A stretch of 64,000 nt of DNA from Lingula anatina. Lineage: Eukaryota; Animalia; Brachiopoda. The position numbers and the translations under genes are program-made. Positions 57,301 to 64,000 of this stretch are shown in pieces. The stretch's first letter is position 1. The number at the start of each line of letters is the position of its first letter. The notes under the pieces are model-generated. The model was not told the DNA's origin. It saw only the letters and a list, made by a program, of their open reading frames with translations, and made no database searches. The DNA lies in NCBI GenBank assembly GCA_051362555.1, contig CM120646.1, positions 12,896,001 through 12,960,000 of the forward strand. Reading direction: 5' to 3'.

Positions 57301-59375
57301 TTCCGGTCTGATCCAGTTTCTTGATTGACAGCAATTTGTAGTCATGACAACAAACTGGTCAAATAAAAAGATGCCGACACGCTGATCAGACAGACTGCTG
57401 CTATAAATAACTACAGTGAAGCTATTTATAGCAACTAATCAATATTCAGTAGTTAGAGCTAGGTGTGAGTTTTTTCAACTAAGAGGCATATCATACTATC
57501 TAGAAACGTCAAATTAGAGGCAGGGACAAAGAAGACTGGCGACTCATATTTTTGAAATCTTACTGAGTGTTAAAATAGGTTCAAAATTACAGCTAGTGCT
57601 TTATAAAATTTCTACTTTTTTACTAGCCCAGTGCCACTTTAGGTGGGCAATTGCCTCGGGCTAGTGCTTAACGTCACAGACTGTGGGGTTTGGCAACGAT
57701 GTTCGGCACTTTTCAGCGGTCGCCAAAACGGACCAGTACCCGTGACAGGTAGTCGCCCGGGTCGTTTCTAAGTCGCATTGGCGAGTGGGCGACCGTCTGT
57801 TTCGACCCCTGTCGTGATATATTTTTTGGGTATCCAGTCGCAGAAACTGCGGGCTTTGTTTAGCCTTTCCTGTCTGTTTAACAGCATTATCTGGCAACGA
57901 TACATAGGGCTCATTCCCAACGAAATTATCGTTTTACATATATCGATCCAACTCCGCGGAGACCCTCGCTGAATGCAATCACATTAACAGATTAGCACGG
58001 CTCCTCTTGGCGTAGATGAGAACACGGAAAAAAAGGTATTTATACGAGTACGCTGGAAACAAGGGCAGGCGTGCCGGTCTGTTTATATAACTGCATTCAG
58101 CGAGAGTCCCCACGGAGTTGGATCGATATAAGGAGTAGACCGACAGTTTCATTGGGAGTGCACCCCTTAGAAGCATTCGGATACTTTTCCTACGACTTTT
58201 ATTCTGTTTCAGTATTTTATTTTGCTGCAAGATCGTAATATGTGGGTGGAACCAGCAGAGACTAATTACGTGACGCACTTTGCCAGGGACGTGGACGCTC
58301 CTTTCCCTAAGCCTTTTGTAGATTACACCAGGTGGGGTAGCTAACAATGGATATATGAGATATACTGGTCACAAATTCGTTTTATGGATTTACATTGTAA
58401 TGGCGATTAATTTGGCATTTTTTTATTGTGTTAACGCCGTGTAAAACGTGTTTGTACAAAAGAAACTGTCAATTATGAAGGCATTTAGTGTTCACTCATT
58501 AATTTTCTTTCAGTCCTTGACTGGGTGTACGCTAGCTTAAATTTGATACAATCTACATAAACGTATTACTGGTAAAAGGTTATAGATATAAGGATCAGTC
58601 CATTCACTTATATTTTGTTTTAATTCAGGGAAGACAGTTTAGAAATCAAAAAAGATATATCAGTTGCTGAGATACTTGGGTACGTAAAGTCGTGGTCTTC
58701 TACAGGTAAACTGTTGAAAACTTGTTCTGACGCTGGGAGCATCTTAGAGCGGTTAGAGAGCAGGTAAGGATGACCCCCCCCCCCCCCCCCCCCCAACCTC
58801 CAGTTCGCTCTGGCAAGTTATGTTAGGGTAATAATAAAACTAATATTAAATAATTTGATTGAATTTATTCTATCTTTAAAATTCTAGTTTCAAATATAAC
58901 GAATTTACATTTCAAATATTCCAATTACCTTGTATAGGCCTATATTCATAGAGACCATTCTTTGGGACAGTTTTGGTGGTTGCGACAGTGTGTTTGGGGA
59001 GGGGGATGGGTCTATTTCTTTTTTAAAATGAAGGAACACCTGAGACACAGGCGTTGCCTAATGATTACCTGTGTGAACACGGTGGGTTTAAAATGCACAA
59101 TGGACAAAAGCTGGTGAAAAATATTCCATCTTTATTGCTCTACCGCTGCTTTTCCCTGAATGTCCCATTTGAAAGTCGCTGTTTTTTTTCGATATTTGAA
59201 TTTTAATCCAACTATAAAATATCAAATTTTAGTTAAATTTAACAGCTTTGAACGACATGTACAACTTATTTCATCATTTTAATTATCTGATTTCAGTCTC
59301 CGAGCGCTGTGGCCAGACAGTCACCTTATCACCGTCACACACCCGGTGTGGGTACGCATGGCCAGGAAATCTTAG
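53848..59375 (+). CDS. Class I SAM-dependent methyltransferase (Methyltransf_11, DDB_G0268948-like), 278 aa; join(53848..53976,54430..54590,55237..55336,55826..55939,58213..58331,58629..58763,59297..59375)
   Basis: YSLYRP, AIDVGCGTGQFT (motif I), IGLDPS, GNAEKLP..DLVTAATAAHWFD..FYKESARILRPNGCLA, GYVKSWSS, C-terminal MARK; phases consistent (837 nt). Intron 3 donor reads GA instead of GT. Confidence 0.85.
54210..54410. repeat. Compound repeat: (CT)n interleaved with taattatttagtcatcc
   Basis: Five taattat.tagtcatc units separated by variable CT runs. Confidence 0.9.
54430..54590 (+). CDS. Methyltransferase exon 2 (SAM-binding motif I)
   Basis: cccag|CTC...TATCA|gtgagt; DVGCGTG. Confidence 0.9.
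54612..54679. mobile_element. 68-bp mini-MITE / hairpin
   Basis: 13-bp TIR gggcgcattcaga / tctgaatgcgccc; termini resemble the 6601-7090 element. Confidence 0.55.
55237..55336 (+). CDS. Methyltransferase exon 3
   Basis: ttccag|A; AHWFD motif; inferred donor AAG|gaaagt is non-canonical. Confidence 0.8.
55826..55939 (+). CDS. Methyltransferase exon 4
   Basis: ttgtag|GAG...GAG|gtaaac; RILRPNGCLAV. Confidence 0.88.
56123..57811. mobile_element. 1.7-kb non-autonomous DNA transposon in methyltransferase intron 4
   Basis: TIR caggggtcaaaacaga / tctgtttcgacccctg; 6-bp TSD TCGTGA; subterminal repeats (ctggtccgta, ctagccc); no transposase ORF. Confidence 0.8.
57939..58130. mobile_element. MITE with about 39-bp TIRs and TA-rich ends
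   Basis: tatatcgatccaactccgcggagaccctcgctgaatgca / tgcattcagcgagagtccccacggagttggatcgatata; partial copy at about 2310-2362. Confidence 0.75.
58213..58331 (+). CDS. Methyltransferase exon 5
   Basis: tttcag|TAT...ACCAG|gtgggg; supplies the required phase 0 to phase 2 link (YFILLQDRNMW...PFVDYTR). Confidence 0.72.
58629..58763 (+). CDS. Methyltransferase exon 6
   Basis: attcag|G...GCAG|gtaagg; EDSLEIKK..ILGYVKSWSS. Confidence 0.85.
59297..59375 (+). CDS. Methyltransferase exon 7 (terminal)
   Basis: tttcag|T CTC...MARKS TAG. Confidence 0.8.
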
Positions 59376-59615
59376 ACGCCCCAGGCTTCCCAATCAGTGT
59401 GGGCAACTAACCTCTACCCAGTGTGACAGGAATGGAAGTCCACTAGGAACCGTAGTCCGTTCTCCATTACTTTGAACCGTCGACATAAGTCCCAAATACT
59501 AACCCCAATACTCCAATTAACCCTATATAACCTACATACTAATCATATGGGACACCGAACTTCTACTCCCAGGATTACCACTCCTGTCACAAGTGTTGCA
59601 CTAGATATTCTTGGA

Positions 59616-59781
59616 CAGGCCCGTAGCCAGGGGGGGTTCGGGGGGTTCGAAAGAACCCCCCTTTTGCTGGGAAAAGGTCCCCTACGGGTAAAATTTTATC
59701 TAGGCACAGGAACGCTTCATGGTAAAAGGTCCACTTTTTCAGAAAAAGAACCCCCTTTTGAAATTGCTGGCTACGGGCCTG
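59616..59781. mobile_element. MITE family B, copy 2
   Basis: Perfect 15-bp TIR caggcccgtagccag / ctggctacgggcctg; 5-bp TSD TTGGA. Confidence 0.88.
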
Positions 59782-61638
59782 TTGGATGCAGTGGCTAATT
59801 CTGAGCACATTTTTTCCTTTGACCACAGAGATCCAACAAGGATATTGCATAGTCGATTATGGCCTGTGGCGAATAGGACGGCAACAACAAACCCACTTGT
59901 TTAATATATAGTTTATTTCTGATTTTGAAAAGTGGACGATTATCTTCATCTCTGTACTTCGTTGAATATGATAATGTGAAAGCTAAGACACGATACATAT
60001 AGATATAGATATAGTGACTATATACTTTCATACTATGCTAGATAATGCTGTTTTAGTATGCCCTAAGAGCTACAAGCTTTACATTTGTCTCGCTTTCAGT
60101 TTAACAGCACCTCAATTTGTTGTAGTGGAAATGAGACTTGTTTGGAAAACATTGAAGAGTTCTGGTGATGACTCTTCTCCCCTCCTTATCAAATGGCATT
60201 GCAGCAGTCCCTAAATATATATGTATATATTTATATATATATTTATAAATATGAGTAATATCTATGGTGTAATACATAACATTGATTGTTTTAAAATAAC
60301 TTCTTATGTGTTCACTTTCTTCTTTCTCATGCAAGATTCTTCTACAAATCTCAAGAAATAAATAAAAGTACTTGCTGTTAACAAATGCAACAATTACCAA
60401 TTCAATGACAAACGTTAATGAATTTAATATCTAAACAAACTGCTACACAGACATAGCCAGTTTTAAAAACTAGTTGGCGAGGCAGGACATATACAAGCAC
60501 TGAAACCAAAATAATTAACCGAGTCATTCAAAAAAAGATTCCAGGGAATTTAAATGAGGAGGTGACAGAGGCATAGATATCTTTATATTTTCAGCAAATT
60601 TTGACTGGAAACCTGCATTGAGAAAATATCATAATTACCATTATAACAAAATAAAATAAAATATAAATGACTTTGCAGGTATAGTATAATCTAAACAACC
60701 TGAACAGACAGGTGGTAATCAATATACATATACGAGAATAAGATACTTTCTTTGTTTATGCAAAATGAAATAATTTTTATCACGCCTTGTACATTCCTAG
60801 ACTCAATTTGAACATAGACCCTGTGCAGCATCCTCTAAGCCCCATAAATCAAAAGGCGATTTAAAAAAATTCCATCTTAGAAATGCACGTCAGAATGGAT
60901 CCATCATAGTAATAACAACAACTAAAATGCACTACTAAAATACAGGAACATACAACTAGCTTGGAGTATTTTTTGTGTGAGATACTACCCATCGTAAGCT
61001 CCCTACCAGATCTCCCTCTTAAAAAGTGCTCCAATCAGCAGACTCTTCATATCTTGAACACAATGGAACATTTGTTCGCGTTGGGGACAGATTTGGCTTA
61101 AGCTATGGCCACAAAAGTTTCAGCTAATACCACGCAAAATATATATATATACCTCAAGATTTGTTCGAGACATGAATATTCAAAGCTATAGGGTGATGAG
61201 CTAACTGTATCTGATTATGCTTTTGTTAAAAACCACGTTCTGTCACATGCACAAATATAAACATTTGTGTTTTTCATAAAAAAAAAAAAAAAAAAACAGC
61301 TCAATACTGGTTGATGTCTGTCACTAAGTATTCTGGAGTTATGACCTGGTGTTAGGCAGAGCTAGCTCATGTAATGACTGGGTCCTTTTTGAACAGTTTT
61401 AATATTAAGTATGTTCTGCCATCTGTTGAGCAGTGAGATCTACAGTACATTTATGTTTCAAAAATGTTTTAAGGTGTTAATTTACTGGCCATAAATAAGG
61501 TGGTACAAAGACTGCCAAAGAAGCAGAAGGGGCCACAAAGACTATTGTCAAGTGTGTGTAGGAGGAGTCTTATTCAACTTATTATATATCTATCAATTCT
61601 GAAATTCTGAAGACCTCTTCCTTCAGGTGTAACGGAAT

Positions 61639-63993
61639 TTACTTCAAACCAACAGCTGAAGCTCCTCTTGGCGAACTGGTGGAACCTCTAGTAGAGCTGT
61701 TGGCCCCTCTTGGTGAGATGCTGGCTCCTCTTGGAGAGACGGTGGCTCCCCTGGAATTCTGTCTGGCATTGGGGCCTTTGCCATTACAATCCTCCATGTG
61801 GTCCCTCAGGCCCAAGGGGCTGACAAAGCCCTCCCAGCACTTGGGGCACTGGTTCTGTGCTTTGAGAATGTGGATATTGGACTTGTAGTGGCGGTTCAGA
61901 TCAGACTGCGTTACTCCTTTGTAGTTACACAGCTGGCAGTGGAATTCCCGAATACCTGGGAAAAGGAAATCAAAATATAATGCAAATCAAATATTGTGGC
62001 AGAAGATTGTAACAGGCATCACACCTAGCACAATGTGACAGAAGATTGTGACAGGAATCACACCTAGCACAATGTGACAGAAGATTGTGACAGGTATCAC
62101 ACCTAGCACAATGTGACAGAAGACTGAGATAGCTGCCAAACCACACAAAAGACCACTCACCTTTGTGACGTAACATGTGCACTTTAAGCTGGCTGTTTGT
62201 TCTGGCTTTATAATCACACACGTTACATTCATATGGACGCACATCTAAAACAAAAGATATAAAACAACATTATTTTTCCCGTTAAAACCAAGAAAGATAT
62301 TATTACTAAAGCCTAGATATTGACACTAGGCACTTTACTTAATACCATGCAAAAAGTTTAATATGCTCAATGCTAAAGATATTATACTGTCATTATACTG
62401 TCATATTTAGACAAAGATGTTGCCGTTAGAACTTGGGTCACTGACATCTCACATTTTGCGTAAAAAACATGGGGAAGTAACAGTACTTTTTAATCAATCA
62501 AATCTAGGGCATCAAAAGAAACAATTGGGGCTCTTTAGTCTTGGTACTTCAATGTAAACTTTGGGAAGAAAAATAATATTTTCTGTCTCTGTGAGATAAC
62601 AGCAGAAAATGCACTAGTCCAAGATAATTTTCAACACAAAGCAACTACAACTCTGCGGACCACAACTCAAGTGCTACTGTCACATGACTGACGGTGCTGC
62701 CACCTAGTTACCTTCATGGAAGTCCAAGTGCCTGTTGATGTCTGCTAGAGTCGGGAACTCTCTGCCACAGAAAACGCAGCGGTAAACTGGCACACCTTGA
62801 ATTATGATTGGCTGACAGGATTCTTCTCGTCTGCTGGGATCTTTCACTACAGCAAGCCTGAGCAAAAATAAGGCATCAACAAATATAATACAGGTTATGA
62901 CATCTATAAAATAATATCTAAGTCTGCAAAATATGAAACTAAATAATAATAAAAAAGAGATCTAAAGTTTTTTGCAGTAACTCCATAAAACTGGGATAAA
63001 ATTATTTAACAAACTAGTAATGTTAGCAGTTTCACAATTATACACGGAAGACTTTAGAAAACTCACCGAGAAGTCGATCTTCTAACATTTCCCAATCCAG
63101 ATGCAAACATGTTTCCACCAAATTGTGATTCAGGCATTCCTGCTATGAGCATGTTTGGGGGACATGAAAAGCTGCTAGACTTGGCTGCCATGGTAATGAC
63201 AGGTGTAGGCGCACCCGTCATGGATGGTGTCATAGATGGGGCCATGGTGGGTGCTGAGGCAAATCGAGATTCTTGTCCTCTGAAGAGATTTGTCTGATTG
63301 TGAGATGCAGGGAATGATTCTCCTTCAATAAATTCTACATCGTCTTGATCCTTGATGTTTATATGTTGTTGGCCTCTGACAACTTGTTGACCCCATGTCT
63401 CTTGTTGACCTTTGAACTCCTGTTGACCTCCAACCTCATTTTCATTTCTGATCACATGTATATCCAAATTCTCTTGTTGATCTCTTGTCCCATATAGAGG
63501 ATTGTTGTCAATGTTAGCATCAGCATTGTTGGCACTGACAGGGGAAGTAAGGAGTGTCTTGGGGCCAGAACCTAGGAGTTTGGTCGGCAGTGCCCCCTTG
63601 CGGCGAGTTCGTGCTGACAGGTGCGACATCATGCTGGTGGGCTGGTTGTTTGGAACTAGAATGCCAGGTGAAGTGAAAACATCACTTTCTTCCTCATCTT
63701 CCTCCTGGTCATCCACAATGTCTGGGTTTCCTGGTCCTAAAACATCCTCGTCTCCGAGTGGCTCGTCAGAGGGCAGCACCACCGTGACATCCTCACCAAC
63801 GCCATCTTCCTGCCGAATTTTCTTGATTTTTGATTGTTGGTCTTCCTCTTTTGTTTCTTCCTCTTTGAAACTTGGGATTTCTTTCTTTCTGTTGATGCTT
63901 CCTGCATTTTTCAGACTGGCAATCTTGTTTTCCAATCTGGATTTGTAAGAAGAGAGAGAACTCCCACCACTGCTGCGTCTATTCAGGCGGTTT
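61639..63993 (-). CDS. C2H2 zinc-finger protein, 3' four exons; complement(join(61639..61955,62161..62244,62712..62857,63067..63993)); 5' exons lie beyond the window
   Basis: GT-AG introns with consistent phases; fingers YRCVFCGREFPTLADINRHLDFH, YECNVCDYKARTNSQLKVHMLRH, FHCQLCNYKGVTQSDLNRHYKSNIH, CPKCWEGF..LRDHMEDC; long acidic low-complexity exon (ORF 63063..63935). Confidence 0.88.
62000..62124. repeat. 39-bp minisatellite, about 3.2 copies, in a zinc-finger gene intron
   Basis: cagaagattgtgacagg.atcacacctagcacaatgtga repeated. Confidence 0.9.
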
Positions 63994-64000
63994 CTAAAAA

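Noticed and set aside
61970-62242. ORF with repeated CxxCH motifs (CDTCH, CDSCH) resembling multiheme cytochrome c
   Set aside because: It is read-through of a zinc-finger exon into an intronic 39-bp minisatellite; a canonical donor at 62160 removes it
63502-63948. Antisense ORFs over the zinc-finger exon, the large PHLDB exon and gag-pol
   Set aside because: Shadow frames of real coding sequence on the opposite strand or in another frame; no motifs

Overview
AT-rich, intron-rich animal genomic DNA, probably an invertebrate (lophotrochozoan-like; taxon inferred only). Most of the window is a + strand PHLDB/LL5-family gene (FHA, coiled coil, PH). Sixteen phase-consistent exons run from 1838 to 47233 (about 1313 aa); I found no start exon. 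Its introns hold an intact Ty3/Gypsy (Mag-like) LTR retrotransposon with identical 164-bp LTRs and a 5-bp TSD (22576-27194, - strand), a 5'-truncated L1/Tx1-like LINE with TSD, several MITE families, a tRNA-Ser pseudogene and two heavily decayed coding-like relics that may be envelope-bearing retroelements. Downstream lie three identical tandem tRNA-Ser(AGA) genes, a 7-exon class I SAM methyltransferase (53848-59375, +) with a partial inverted pseudogene copy, and the 3' four exons of a convergent C2H2 zinc-finger gene (- strand). The most notable observations are a GA splice donor in the otherwise intact methyltransferase, an SIDD (not YxDD) RT motif in a very recently inserted retrotransposon, two candidate internal first exons that would give PH-only isoforms, a 33-nt tandem array of in-frame splice acceptors, and the possible gag/env relics. 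I cannot demonstrate a wholly new biological system from sequence alone.
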